DNA of 61,394 bases, filler included, from 6 parts of 6 records of this genome joined end to end with filler, not necessarily neighbours in it, one strand, 5' to 3'. Positions 38,630 through 49,602 are shown, counted from the first letter of the whole stretch. A program made the numbers and translations. Notes: generated by a model from the sequence alone, not told the origin.

Positions 38630-39037
38630 TTAGGGTTCGCTGGTGATCGGGGCTTTCTCCTCAGCCGTCTTAAGGGCATTCCATTCATCGTCGCTAAAGA
38701 CACGCGATCGGGTCAGGAAGCGTTTGCCTTCCGGTCCTTCAAGCGAAAACATCCCGCCGCGTCCATCAACGACGTCAATGATCAGTTGGGTGTGACGCCA
38801 ATATTCAAATTGTGCGCGGCCGATGAAAAACGGGCTGCCTTCGATTTCCCCCAACAGCACATCCTGATCCCCGGTTTTAAATTCCCCGTCGGGAAAGCAC
38901 ATCGGCGCGCTGCCATCACAACAGCCCCCCGACTGATGAAACATCACCGGCCCGTGGATGGTTTTAAGCTTCCTGATCAGATCAATCGCCGCACTGGTTG
39001 CGGTGACCCTGTCAGGGATGGTGTCTGATCCGGTCAT
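38630..39037 (-). CDS. DUF779 family protein
   Basis: HGPVMFHQSGGCCDGSAPMC, QFEYWRHTQL and GRGGMFSLEGPEGKRFLTRSR, downstream of an ALDH. Confidence 0.88.
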   Translation of the reverse strand: MTGSDTIPDRVTATSAAIDLIRKLKTIHGPVMFHQSGGCCDGSAPMCFPDGEFKTGDQDVLLGEIEGSPFFIGRAQFEYWRHTQLIIDVVDGRGGMFSLEGPEGKRFLTRSRVFSDDEWNALKTAEEKAPITSEP

Positions 39038-39117
39038 GAGTGTCTCCGTAAGATGAAGGATGAAACAAAGCCGGACGCATGGAAAAGGATATGCGCCCGG
39101 CCGCGATCATCGTTCGA

Positions 39118-40638
39118 TCAGAAGAAGCCCATCGGTTTCGGATCGTAGGAAACCAGAAGGTTCTTGGTCTGCTGATAATGGTTCAGCATCATCTTGTGGT
39201 TTTCACGCCCGATGCCGGACTGTTTATAGCCACCAAAGGCCGCATGGGCCGGATAGAGGTGGTAACAGTTGGTCCAGACACGACCGGCCTTGATTTCCCG
39301 GCCAAAGCGATAGGCACGTGTGCCATCACGGGTCCAGACACCGGCACCCAGCCCATAAAGGGTATCATTGGCAAGATGAAGGGCTTCGGCGTCGTCCTTA
39401 AACGTTGTAACTGAAACCACCGGGCCAAAGATTTCTTCCTGGAAAATCCGCATGCGGTTATGGCCCTTGAAGATGGTCGGTTGGATATAGAAACCATCTG
39501 AAAGATCACCGCCAAGTTCGGCACGGCCACCACCACACAGGGTTTCTGCCCCCTCCTGTTTGCCGATATCAAGATAGGACAGGATTTTTTCCATCTGCTC
39601 AGAAGATGCCTGTGCGCCCATCATGGTGTCTGTATCAAGCGGGTTGCCCTGTTTGATGTTGGCGACACGGGTCAGGACATTATCCATGAACTTGTCATAG
39701 ATGGTTTCCTGAATAAGCGCGCGCGACGGACAGGTGCAAACTTCACCCTGATTAAGGGCAAACATGGTCAAGCCTTCTGCGGCTTTCTGGCGGAAATCAT
39801 CATCGGCTGCCATGATGTCGTCAAAGAAGACGTTTGGCGATTTACCACCCAGTTCAAGTGTCACCGGAATGATGTTTTCCGATGCATATTGCATGATCAG
39901 ACGCCCGGTGGTGGTTTCACCGGTAAAGGCCACCTTGGCAACACGGTTGCTTTGCGCAAGCGGTTTGCCGGCTTCCACGCCAAAGCCCTGAACGACGTTC
40001 AAAACGCCCGCCGGGATCAGATCGCCAACCAGTTCAAGCAACACACAGATCGATGCCGGGGTTTGTTCGGCCGGTTTCAAAACAATGCAGTTGCCCGCGG
40101 CCAAGGCCGGGGCCAGTTTCCAGACCGCCATCAGGATCGGGAAGTTCCACGGGATGATCTGACCAACCACGCCAAGGGGTTCGTGGAAGTGATAGGCAAC
40201 CGTGTTGTCGTCAATTTCACCAAGGGAGCCTTCCTGCGCACGGATGGCACCGGCGAAATAACGGAAATGATCAATCGCCAACGGAATGTCAGCCGCCATG
40301 GTTTCGCGCACGGCCTTGCCATTGTCCCATGTTTCGGCAACCGCAAGCATTTCAAGATTGGCTTCCATGCGATCGGCAATTTTATTGAGCATATTGGCCC
40401 GTTCGGTCACGGACGTTTTGCCCCAGGCCGGAAAAGCAGCATGGGCGGCATCAAGTGCCTTTTCGATATCCTCAGAGCTGGACCGGGCGATTTCGCAGAA
40501 CGGTTTGCCGTTTACCGGCGAAACATTTTCAAAATACTGGCCCTTGGTCGGGGCGACCCATTCGCCGCCGATATAGTTCTCATAGCGGCCTTTAAAGCTG
40601 ACGACGCTGCCGGCGTCATTCGGGTTTTTATAGATCAT
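39118..40638 (-). CDS. NAD-dependent acetaldehyde dehydrogenase (ExaC/AldB/AcoD-like)
   Basis: 506 aa with [32 protein letters not shown] and [18 protein letters not shown]. Confidence 0.9.
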   Translation of the reverse strand: MIYKNPNDAGSVVSFKGRYENYIGGEWVAPTKGQYFENVSPVNGKPFCEIARSSSEDIEKALDAAHAAFPAWGKTSVTERANMLNKIADRMEANLEMLAVAETWDNGKAVRETMAADIPLAIDHFRYFAGAIRAQEGSLGEIDDNTVAYHFHEPLGVVGQIIPWNFPILMAVWKLAPALAAGNCIVLKPAEQTPASICVLLELVGDLIPAGVLNVVQGFGVEAGKPLAQSNRVAKVAFTGETTTGRLIMQYASENIIPVTLELGGKSPNVFFDDIMAADDDFRQKAAEGLTMFALNQGEVCTCPSRALIQETIYDKFMDNVLTRVANIKQGNPLDTDTMMGAQASSEQMEKILSYLDIGKQEGAETLCGGGRAELGGDLSDGFYIQPTIFKGHNRMRIFQEEIFGPVVSVTTFKDDAEALHLANDTLYGLGAGVWTRDGTRAYRFGREIKAGRVWTNCYHLYPAHAAFGGYKQSGIGRENHKMMLNHYQQTKNLLVSYDPKPMGFF

Positions 40639-40702
40639 TTTGCTTCCTCCGAGATCCACAGGCGATTTGTTCGCCCGTTTTTGATTGTGACGCTGCCGTA
40701 TC

Positions 40703-40718
40703 CGCAAAGGTCGTGCCA
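40703..40718 (-). promoter_or_regulatory. sigma-54 -24/-12 promoter of the ALDH gene
   Basis: TGGCACGACCTTTGC (GG-N10-GC), about 65 bp upstream of the ATG. Confidence 0.85.
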
Positions 40719-40796
40719 CTTTTGATCGGGCAGGGGGCGTTGCACACTAAGGCCGCATTTTCAGGTGGTTGGGGCGATGGAGATGGTGTTTGACGC

Positions 40797-40855
40797 TGTG
40801 CCAACGGATCGGTTGGAACAGGGCAATTGGCACAAATTGTTCCAAAAATGGAACA
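40797..40855. promoter_or_regulatory. bEBP upstream activator sequence candidates
   Basis: TGTTCCA-AAAA-TGGAACA (40838-40855, perfect) and TGTGCCAAC-N6-GTTGGAACA (40797-40820), 80-140 bp upstream of the sigma-54 promoter. Confidence 0.6.
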
Positions 40856-41001
40856 TCTCAGACTGTGCTGTGATTTTGCGGTGAAACTGTTTGGCGTGCA
40901 GGGGGGGCGTTATGGTAGGATTATGGCTGTGATCGGATGCGCCATAAGCTGCGCACCGGAAATTTCCGGGTCAAAACGCCGACGCAAGGGAGATAGCGTC
41001 T

Positions 41002-42912
41002 ATGTCAGGAAATATTCCCGGCGGACGGATAGAAGCAGCACTGCAATTAAGCGGTGGTGCGCAAAATCGTGCGGTGCTTGAAAGCTGGCAGCGGTGTGAA
41101 AACCGGTTTGGTCTGGCCCATGACACCTTGCGCCGTCCCGAAGTTATGCCCGAAAGCCAGACTCGGCAATTGCGTGATCGCAACGGGCGGCTTTATCACC
41201 ATGCCCACGATCTTGTGCGGACCCTGTATCGCAAGATCGATGCATCAGGCTATGCGGTGTTTCTCACCGACAATAGTGGCGTGATCCTTGATAGTGTCGC
41301 GGCCCATTCCTTGCTGCCATCGTTTCGCACCAACGGTCTTTTACCCGGCGCAATCTGGAGCGAGGAGCGCGAAGGCACCAACGGCATTGGCACCTGCATT
41401 GTTGAAGGCCGCCCGATCACGATCCACAAGGACGAACATTTTCTCGCCCAGCATTCGGTTCTGACCTGCACAGCCGCCCCGGTTTTTGATCCGGATGGCA
41501 AAGTCTGTTCGGTTCTTGATGTGTCTGCGGTGCGCGATGATATCAAACGCACAGATTGTATGCGTGTGCGCGGCATGGTGGCCGATTATGCCGATGCGCT
41601 TGAACGGATCCTGTTTTTTGACGAGCGATCCGGTGATGTGATTTTGCATCTTCATCCGGAATCTCAACATGTTGGAACCACCCGCGATGCGATGATTTCG
41701 ATTGCCCCGGACGGCACGATCAGCGGGGCGACATCGACCGCACGGCGCATTTTAACGGCGGCCAATGCATCCACTGATCTCGCCGATATGTTCGAAATGG
41801 ATGTTGACGATTTGCTGTCAAAATTCAGTCAGACAGAAGGCCAGAATCAAGGCCGTTCCTCATCCGCCATGGCGCTTAATATTGCCGGTGGCGGGGTGCT
41901 GTTTGGCAGTTTGACGGTTCCCGAACGGCTGCGCCGGAAATATATCGGGCGCTCCACCCCGGTTGCTCACAAGGTCAAAACACCGGCCAGGCCGGTTGTC
42001 GATATCGCCGATCGCGATCCGGCCTTCCGGCGTATTTTTGATATCGGGTCACGCCTGCATGCGCGCGATATCAATGTGTTGATGTCGGGTGAAACCGGCA
42101 GTGGCAAAGAATATCTTGCACGTCATATTCATGAGGCAAGCTTTGGCAAATCGCGAAACTTTGTCGCCATCAATTGTGCGGCCTTGCCCGAAGGATTGAT
42201 TGAAAACGAGCTGTTTGGTCATGCCGGGGGTGCGTTTACCGGGGCGGCGCGCGATGGATTTGGCGGGCGCATCCGCGAAGCCAATGGTGGAACACTTTTC
42301 CTGGATGAAATCGGCGATATGCCACTTGCCGCGCAAGGACGCCTGTTGCGTGTTCTTGAAAGTCGGATGATCGAACCACTTGGCAGCACAAAGTCCATCT
42401 CGGTCGATTTTCGCCTGATCTGTGCCAGCAATGTCGATTTGACCGCGGCCGTGGCAGACGGGCGGTTCCGCGAAGATTTGCTGTATCGGATCAAGGGCGC
42501 AAGGCTTGCCGTGCCGCCCTTACGTGAACGCAGTGACCTTGTTGATTTGATCGGACGGCTTCTGGCCGGGCTTTCTGACGATCATGTGCAGTGTCAGGAT
42601 GACGTATTGGCCCTTTTGACCCGGCATCGCTGGCCGGGCAATGTGCGTGAACTGATCAATATTTTACAATATGCCAGCGTCTTTGCCGATGACGGGGTGA
42701 TTGAACGCCATCACCTGCCAGATGATTTCCATGTGGAAACCATCAACGATCCCCCATCCGCCCACCAAAGCATCGCGCAAGCCGAAGGCGTTGCATTGCG
42801 TGCGGTGCTTGATGATCATAAATGGCATATCAGCAACACCGCCAAGGCATTGGGAATCGGGCGTAATACGCTCTATCGCCGGATGGCACGGTTGGGGATT
42901 GAAAAGTCCTGA
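41002..42912 (+). CDS. sigma-54-dependent activator, GAF-AAA+-Fis HTH (AcoR-like)
   Basis: SWQRC, WSE...GTNGIGT, GETGSGKE, GAFTGA, FLDEIGD, WPGNVRE and LGIGRNTLYRR. Confidence 0.92.
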   Translation: MSGNIPGGRIEAALQLSGGAQNRAVLESWQRCENRFGLAHDTLRRPEVMPESQTRQLRDRNGRLYHHAHDLVRTLYRKIDASGYAVFLTDNSGVILDSVAAHSLLPSFRTNGLLPGAIWSEEREGTNGIGTCIVEGRPITIHKDEHFLAQHSVLTCTAAPVFDPDGKVCSVLDVSAVRDDIKRTDCMRVRGMVADYADALERILFFDERSGDVILHLHPESQHVGTTRDAMISIAPDGTISGATSTARRILTAANASTDLADMFEMDVDDLLSKFSQTEGQNQGRSSSAMALNIAGGGVLFGSLTVPERLRRKYIGRSTPVAHKVKTPARPVVDIADRDPAFRRIFDIGSRLHARDINVLMSGETGSGKEYLARHIHEASFGKSRNFVAINCAALPEGLIENELFGHAGGAFTGAARDGFGGRIREANGGTLFLDEIGDMPLAAQGRLLRVLESRMIEPLGSTKSISVDFRLICASNVDLTAAVADGRFREDLLYRIKGARLAVPPLRERSDLVDLIGRLLAGLSDDHVQCQDDVLALLTRHRWPGNVRELINILQYASVFADDGVIERHHLPDDFHVETINDPPSAHQSIAQAEGVALRAVLDDHKWHISNTAKALGIGRNTLYRRMARLGIEKS

Positions 42913-43318
42913 TACCCTTTTAGATCATCGATTTGGCACATCCTTGGCTATCCGTTGGTGGGGTTGCCAAGCAGGCCGTTCCTTATACCGTTTTCCAAGA
43001 TATTCCTGATGCGGGTTGCCCTGATTGGCGAACGCGTCCACTTTTCATCTCGACATAAAGCGTTTTCAGAATGTTTTCATTGTAGGGCACACTGTTATTG
43101 TTTTAAGTAACTTAGGGCGCAAACTCATTCACATAATCGCCCCGGTCACCCGTATTTGTGCGGATACGCGGAACAAAACCGCAGGAAGATCTACATCTTT
43201 CAAGGTTTTGCGACAAAGTAGGCCGTGCAAATACGGGTGATCCGAAGGACAACGGATATAAGAGAAATCACTAGGAAAAGTCCGCCGAGCGGGGTGATCC
43301 CCGGTCAAGGAATTTGAC

Positions 43319-43418
43319 NNNNNNNNNNNNNNNNNNNNNNNNNNNNNNNNNNNNNNNNNNNNTTAATTAATTAANNNNNNNNNNNNNNNNNNNNNNNNNN
43401 NNNNNNNNNNNNNNNNNN
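43319..43418. other. artificial contig spacer
   Basis: N44-TTAATTAATTAA-N44. Confidence 0.97.
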
Positions 43419-44822
43419 CAGGGCCTCCATACCTTTCTCCCGGCCATGCCCCGATTTCTTGAAGCCGCCGAAGGGCAGCTCGATGCCGCCACCGGCACCG
43501 TAGCCGTTCACGAACACCTGTCCGGCGCGGATGCGGCGGGCGGCGCGCATGGCCCGGCCGATGTCGCGGGTCCATAGACCCGCGGCGAGCCCGAAGGGCG
43601 TGTCGTTGGCAAGTTGGATGGCGTCTTCCTCGCTCTCGAACGAAAGCATGGACATGACAGGGCCGAAGACTTCCTCGCGTGCGATAAAGCTTTGACGCGG
43701 CACTTCGCCAAGCAGGACGGGCTTGACGAAGAAGCCGTCGGGAGACGAGCCCTCGGCCAGCGTTCCTTCGGCGATCACAGGCACACCCTCGCTCACGGCC
43801 TGCGCCACCATGCGGTCCACCCGCGCCTTCTGGCGGGCATTGATCAGTGGTCCAAGATCGCAATCCACATCGTGCGCACCAACGCGCAACCCTGCGAAAT
43901 GTCGCGCAAACAAATCGCGCACTTCCTGCGCGACGGACGCCTGGACGAGGAGGCGGCTTCCTGCAACGCAGGTCTGTCCGGAATTGACGATGATGGAATT
44001 GGCTATCACCGGCAGGGCGGCCGCAAGGTCGGCGTCCGCAAACACAATCTGCGGCGACTTCCCACCGAGCTCGAGAGTGACGGCCACATGGTTGCGGCCT
44101 GCCGCCTGCTGCACCGCTGCTCCCACTTCGGGAGAGCCTGTAAAGCTGACGAAATCGATCATCGGATGGGCGACAAGTGCAGCCCCCGCCTCGGCACCAT
44201 ATCCCGTGACCACGTTCAGTGCGCCGGGCGGCAGTCCGGCCTCCAGGAGGAGATCGGCAAGCAGGAGCGTGGTGAGGCAGGCGTCCTCGGCCGGCTTCAG
44301 CACCACGGTATTGCCCATGCACAGCGCTGCGGCGCAGACGCGGCCGAACATCTGCGTCGGCGAGTTCCACGGGATGATGCCGGCAACGACGCCGAGCGGC
44401 TCGCGATAGGTGAGTGCGGTGAGGTGTTGCGGGACCGGGAGCACTTCGCCGGAAACCTTGTCGGCCGCCCCGGCATAGAACTCGAAGTAGCGCGCGAGGA
44501 TGTCCACGTCCGCACGGGTCGATGCTAGTATTTTACCGACGTCGCGCGACTCCAGCGTCGCCAGGATTTCGCTGTCGCGCCGGATCAGTTCGCTCATGCG
44601 GGCCATGATGCGTCCACGTTCCATGGCGGCCATCCGGGGCCACGGTCCGTCGTCGAAAGCGGACCGCGCGACCTGCACGGCGTCATTCACGTCTGCCTCT
44701 CCGCTCCGCGCGATGCGGGCAAAAACCTTGCCGTCCGAAGGCGACACGACGTCGATCATGCGGCCTTCCCGCGCCTCGACTTGCTTTCCGTTGACATGGT
44801 TGCGATAGTCGACGAGCGCCAT
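43419..44822 (-). CDS. aldehyde dehydrogenase, last codons cut by the gap
   Basis: [31 protein letters not shown] and PFGGFKKSGHGRE. Starts at MALVDY after GGAGG. Confidence 0.9.
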
Positions 44823-45151
44823 CGTGTCCTCCCGATTATTCTGACATTTGCTGGTTGGGACTGTCCGATAAGGCAGTCCCATGCGCGCCTCGATACTCGC
44901 GCGCACAAAAATATACGCTATAGTATGTATCTTTGCCAGACCACATGCTAGCCTTCCTTTTGGCTACCTGAGCATACCGCAGGTGAGTTGGGAGGTTTGG
45001 CTTGTTTCAAGCATCGTTTCGGGAGGTCTTGCCGCAACGACGGCGCATCTGCTTGGGCCGCTGCAGGCGGGCAGATTGCAACGGACCATGCTGTCTCGTG
45101 CCCAACCGGGATCCCGCGATTCAATCAAGAGACTACTAAGGGGGAGATTTC

Positions 45152-45694
45152 ATGCGCGCCTTGGAACGCATAGTCGACCGCCTCGGCGATGCGATGATGG
45201 TCATCGCAGGCGCGGCGGTCGTTGTTGCCATTATGCACATCACCGTCGATGTTGCGCTGCGATACCTGTTCCGTCAGTCGTTGCCTGGCACTATCGCGAT
45301 TGTCATCAACTACTACATGCCGATGATGGCGTTCCTGCCGCTTGCTTTCACGCAGCGGACAGACGGTCATATCGTGGTCGATCTCTTCGTCAGTATCCTG
45401 CCCCAAGCCGTGCAGCGCCACATCGTCGGATGGGTGTTCCTGCTGAGCGCCATGCTTTGCACTCTTCTCACGTGGACGACCTGGGGCGAGGCGGTCAACA
45501 AGTTTCAGCGCGGCACGTTTTCGTTTGAAGACGGCACCGTGATCGCGACCTGGCCGGGCCAATTCCTACCGACCATCGGTTATGGCCTCCTCACACTGAT
45601 GCTTGTCCTGCAGTTTCTTCGCTATCTCACAGGGCGCGACAGGGATCTGCCGCCCAAGAATACCGCAGATCATGTCGAAGGAGGTGCAGCATGA
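45152..45694 (+). CDS. dctQ: TRAP transporter small permease
   Basis: DVALRYLF, GHIVVD and four TM segments. ATGA-coupled to dctM. Confidence 0.85.
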   Translation: MRALERIVDRLGDAMMVIAGAAVVVAIMHITVDVALRYLFRQSLPGTIAIVINYYMPMMAFLPLAFTQRTDGHIVVDLFVSILPQAVQRHIVGWVFLLSAMLCTLLTWTTWGEAVNKFQRGTFSFEDGTVIATWPGQFLPTIGYGLLTLMLVLQFLRYLTGRDRDLPPKNTADHVEGGAA

Positions 45695-46998
45695 GCCCAG
45701 AGGTCATCGGATTTAGCGGTCTCATTGCGCTTTTTATCCTTCTTGCGCTGCGGGTGCCGATCGGGCTTGCCCTGCTTGGCGTTTCCTTTGCAGGCATCTG
45801 GTCGATTATCGGCCTGAACGGCGCTATGGGTGCGTTGAAGATCATCCCCTACAGCTTTGCCGCCAATTGGCAGCTCAGTTCGGTGCCGATGTTCCTGTTC
45901 ATGGGCTTCCTCTGTTATCATTCCGGCATCACGAAAGGCCTGTTCCAAGCGGCGCGAGTATGGTTGTCCCGGTTGCCGGGTGGTCTCGCCATCGCCAGCG
46001 TGTTCGGAGCATCCGGCTTCGCGGCCATTACCGGCTCGTCGCTGGCGTGTTCGGCGGCCATGGGCCGTATCGCGGTGCCGGAGATGACGAAATCGAGGTA
46101 CAGTCCTGCGCTCGCCACCGGCTCGGTCGCGGCGGCTGGTACGATTGGCGCGCTGATCCCGCCGAGCATCCTCTTCATCATGTATGGCATCCTGGCCCAG
46201 CAGCCCATCGGGAACCTATTCCTGGGCGGTGCCGTGGTCGGCATCCTGACTGCCGTCGCATATGTGCTGACAATCCTGATCTGGGTCACATTACGGCCGC
46301 AGGCAGCACCAAGGGTGGAGGAAAACTTCACCGCCAAAGAACGCCTCGATACGGTGAAACAGGTGCTTCCGGCACTCGTGATGATCCTGGGCGTGTTCGG
46401 GGGCCTGTTCAGCGGCCTCTTCACCGCCACAGAAGCCGGCGCCACTGGTTCGGCGATTGCCATCATCGTGTCCATCGGCATGAAGACCCTCAATTGGGAG
46501 AACCTGAAGCGCTCGGTAGTCGAGACGCTGACCACGACGTCGGCAATCCTGCTGATCGCGGTGGGGGCGAACCTTCTTGCGCGCTTCATCGCCCTGAGCG
46601 GAGCTGGCGACGCGATCGCCGACGCGGTGTCGTTCGCAAGCGAACAGCCCGCGCTGCTGCTACTCGGCATTGGCGTGATCTATCTGATCCTCGGCTGTTT
46701 CATCGACCCAATGGGGGCCATGATGCTGACGCTGCCGATCCTGCTGCCCATCGTGGGCGACGCTGGCATCAACCTGATCTGGTTTGGCATCTTCGCGGCC
46801 AAACTGCTCGAGATTGGCATGATCACGCCACCGGTGGGTCTAAATATCTTCGTCATAAAATCGGTCGTGGGAAACCTTGTGCCACTTTCCACTATCTTCC
46901 GGGGCGTCGCGGCATTCATTGCGGCCGACCTTGTGGTGGTCCTCCTGATGGTATTGTTTCCCGGCATGGCCCTCATTCTCGTTAACATGGCCGGATAG
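45691..46998 (+). CDS. dctM: TRAP transporter large permease
   Basis: VPMFLFMG, GTIGALIPPS, FTATEAG and ITPPVGLN. Confidence 0.92.
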   Translation: MSPEVIGFSGLIALFILLALRVPIGLALLGVSFAGIWSIIGLNGAMGALKIIPYSFAANWQLSSVPMFLFMGFLCYHSGITKGLFQAARVWLSRLPGGLAIASVFGASGFAAITGSSLACSAAMGRIAVPEMTKSRYSPALATGSVAAAGTIGALIPPSILFIMYGILAQQPIGNLFLGGAVVGILTAVAYVLTILIWVTLRPQAAPRVEENFTAKERLDTVKQVLPALVMILGVFGGLFSGLFTATEAGATGSAIAIIVSIGMKTLNWENLKRSVVETLTTTSAILLIAVGANLLARFIALSGAGDAIADAVSFASEQPALLLLGIGVIYLILGCFIDPMGAMMLTLPILLPIVGDAGINLIWFGIFAAKLLEIGMITPPVGLNIFVIKSVVGNLVPLSTIFRGVAAFIAADLVVVLLMVLFPGMALILVNMAG

Positions 46999-47010
46999 AT
47001 CGACAAGCAA

Positions 47011-47031
47011 GCGCCGCGGCTTCCGCGGCGC
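47011..47031. terminator. hairpin between convergent genes
   Basis: GCGCCGCGG-CTT-CCGCGGCGC, with no clear U-tract. Confidence 0.35.
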
Positions 47032-47173
47032 CTCCGATGCAAGGGCCACTCCCTTGGCTCAGGGTGGTTTTCGCGGAGCGAGCATGCCGAGCTGACGCGT
47101 CTGCCAGGCATGAGCGCGTGGAAGTGCCCCGAGGCTTCGCCTCGAAATCCTCAACTCGGATTCTGCGGTAGCT

Positions 47174-48127
47174 TCAGATCTGCCGGATCGGCCGCCCGGC
47201 GAGGAACGCCGCTATATCTTCAAAGGCCTGCCGGTAGTTTTCCCGGTAGAAGCCCTCCGTAGCGTAGCCGATATGCGGCGTCAGCCGCGCATTGGGAAGG
47301 ATACGAAAGGGATGATCGGCCGGAAGCGGCTCGATATCGAACACGTCGAGCGCGGCCGCCGCGATCCTGTTGCCGCGTAAGGCCGCAATCAACGACACCT
47401 CATCGACTATGGGTCCGCGAGAGGTGTTGACGAGCACCGCAGTCGACTTCATTCGGTTCAGTTCATCGCTCCTCACGAGTCCGCGGGTCCGCTCGCTCAG
47501 CCGAAGATGCACGCTGACGAAATCCGACTGTGCGAACAGTTCGTCACGGCTCACCCGGCGAACGGACGCTGCCAGAGCGCGCTCGTCCGTGAGGTTCTCG
47601 CTCCAGGCCACAACGTTCATACCGAACGCATTACCGATCGAGGCGACCCGGGTGCCGACCCGGCCCACGCCAAGCAAACCGAGCGTTGCGCCCTTTAGAT
47701 CATGGCTGGGCGCTGGGGTGTACCAGGCGCCTGGCTCCGTGTGCAGCCGCGCGTTTTCGCGTCCTACGCTGCGGGTGAAATCGAGAATGTGCGCGAACAC
47801 CAGTTCCGCGGTAGAAATATCGTCTGACGACGTTCCGCAGACCTCAATGCCGCGCGCCCGCGCTGCGACAATGTCGACCACAGCATTGCCCATGCCGGTG
47901 GTGACGATAAGCTTGAGCTTCGGCAGCCGGACGAGTGTCGTCGCCGGCAGTGCGGTCCGCTCGCGCATGAGCACCACGATTTCAGCGTCTGCAAGCGCAG
48001 CGACAACGGCATCCTCAGACACCAACCGTTCGGACAGACCAACGACCTGCACGCCGTTGCCGAGGGATTCCCAGTCGGCTAGCCCAAGCACGGTGCCTCG
48101 GAAGTCGTCGAGAATGACGCACCTCAC
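47174..48127 (-). CDS. D-2-hydroxyacid dehydrogenase family protein
   Basis: MRERT, GVGRVG, VNTSRG, LDVFDIEP and TPHIGY. Confidence 0.9.
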   Translation of the reverse strand: MRCVILDDFRGTVLGLADWESLGNGVQVVGLSERLVSEDAVVAALADAEIVVLMRERTALPATTLVRLPKLKLIVTTGMGNAVVDIVAARARGIEVCGTSSDDISTAELVFAHILDFTRSVGRENARLHTEPGAWYTPAPSHDLKGATLGLLGVGRVGTRVASIGNAFGMNVVAWSENLTDERALAASVRRVSRDELFAQSDFVSVHLRLSERTRGLVRSDELNRMKSTAVLVNTSRGPIVDEVSLIAALRGNRIAAAALDVFDIEPLPADHPFRILPNARLTPHIGYATEGFYRENYRQAFEDIAAFLAGRPIRQI

Positions 48128-48468
48128 GCCGTTGACCTCCCTTCGCGGATGCGGCGCAGATCGCGCTGTGCGTCACGCGACATCATGTGAGGCAACCATT
48201 CGTCTGCTGTGTCTACGTCGATCTCCGCCACGTAGCCGATCGCAACGAGCTGGGTCTCGATTTCACGCCGGATCAGCGGCACCTGGAAACAGAACGGGCT
48301 CGTAAGGCGAAGGCCAACACGGATCGCGGCCCCGGCTACCTCGATCGATCGCACAAGGCCCATATCGATGATGGAGATTGGCCGACCGGTGGCAATGCTG
48401 CAGGGATCGACAACGCCGTTGAGGGCCGAGACGATTGCCGGATCGACGTCGAAGCGCGGCCCAGCCAT
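48124..48468 (-). CDS. DUF59 (SufT/PaaD-like) metal-sulfur cluster assembly protein
   Basis: LNGVVDPC...IIDMGLV...LRLTSPFC...W.P..MS. Confidence 0.8.
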   Translation of the reverse strand: MAGPRFDVDPAIVSALNGVVDPCSIATGRPISIIDMGLVRSIEVAGAAIRVGLRLTSPFCFQVPLIRREIETQLVAIGYVAEIDVDTADEWLPHMMSRDAQRDLRRIREGRSTA

Positions 48469-48469
48469 G

Positions 48470-49564
48470 TCAACCGGCCCTGCTTAGGATCTTCGGCACC
48501 TGCGTCGTGCCGTAGGGGGCCGACGCCGTGCCCAGTTCTTGACGCCGCTCGGCGAAGACGTCGCCCTCGATGGCGCGAAGCCGAGCCGCCAGGTCGATGC
48601 CGGCCATGCGCGCGTAATTCTCCCCAAGGATGGCGCGCTTGTCGGCCTCAGCCATGGGCCTGATATTGCCCTGGTCCACCAGGGTGTCACTGAACTGGAA
48701 TTGCTGGAACGCATTGAGCAACATGCGGGGGTGCCCGACCATGCAGCCGCCAGTACCCCAGAGGATGCGTTTTGCCATCTCGTCGTTGCGCATGAAGTTC
48801 ATCATGACCGTCTCGAACGCCAGCGGCCGGTTTATGAGCAGCATGGTGGTCGTCTCGAGGTTCACATAGACGTTCTCGAAGCGCCGCAACTGCCAGGCTG
48901 TCTCCTCCACGAACGCCACCCCTCCATGTACCACCTCGAAATTGAGGTTGGGGAATGTCATGGCCGCAAGGTCGATGTCGTCCATCCGGTAATGCAGCAT
49001 TTCCACCGGGCCGAGCGGGAAAGCCTTGTGGATCGCGACTGTGCGAAGCTTCAGCTCTAGTGCCTTCTCGAACACTGGGAACGCAATCTGCGGATCGTTC
49101 ATCAGCCAGCCGCGGACCTTCTCGCCAAGCCAGCTGTTTGGATAGAGCTTCAGTCCAACGACATCGCCCTCGAGCGCATCATACTGTCGCTGCATCTCAT
49201 CGAGCGCAGCCTTGCCGCTTGTTGGATCGACACCGATGTAGAAAAGAAAGCGGTTAGGCCAGCGCCGCCGTGCTTCCAGCGCCTTGTCGATACTGCAGGC
49301 GCCATCCGCGAAGGCGTTGAGCGGCAGCACGTGATAGACGGCCAGGTCTGTCTCGGATTCGATGAAGGCCGCGTTGGCGATCTCTTCGATCTCCCAGTCA
49401 CGCAGGAAAACGCCCTCTGGAATCCGATAGGCGTCGGGGCTGTTGTTCCGGTGTCCAGTTTCGATCATGCGGGAAAGGAACTGGCCGTCGCGGCTGCGGC
49501 TGTTCCCTTCGCTGAAGTTGAAAGGATGCACGACGGCATCGATGACTGGCAACGTCCCGAGCAT
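48470..49564 (-). CDS. amidohydrolase_2 (TIM-barrel) family protein with atypical metal motifs
   Basis: VIDAVVH, GLKLYP, AIHKA, FPNLNFEVVHGG, ILWGTG and KRAILGENYAR. Confidence 0.8.
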   Translation of the reverse strand: MLGTLPVIDAVVHPFNFSEGNSRSRDGQFLSRMIETGHRNNSPDAYRIPEGVFLRDWEIEEIANAAFIESETDLAVYHVLPLNAFADGACSIDKALEARRRWPNRFLFYIGVDPTSGKAALDEMQRQYDALEGDVVGLKLYPNSWLGEKVRGWLMNDPQIAFPVFEKALELKLRTVAIHKAFPLGPVEMLHYRMDDIDLAAMTFPNLNFEVVHGGVAFVEETAWQLRRFENVYVNLETTTMLLINRPLAFETVMMNFMRNDEMAKRILWGTGGCMVGHPRMLLNAFQQFQFSDTLVDQGNIRPMAEADKRAILGENYARMAGIDLAARLRAIEGDVFAERRQELGTASAPYGTTQVPKILSRAG

Positions 49565-49602
49565 GGCTTCTCCTCACGGCAGCATCTGGGGTGGCGCGTG
49601 TA

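Noticed and set aside
42913-43318. AT-richer stretch with a short ORF 43025..43240 and a GGGTGATCC duplication
   Set aside because: Most likely the upstream region of a gene lost at the gap. Nothing supportable.
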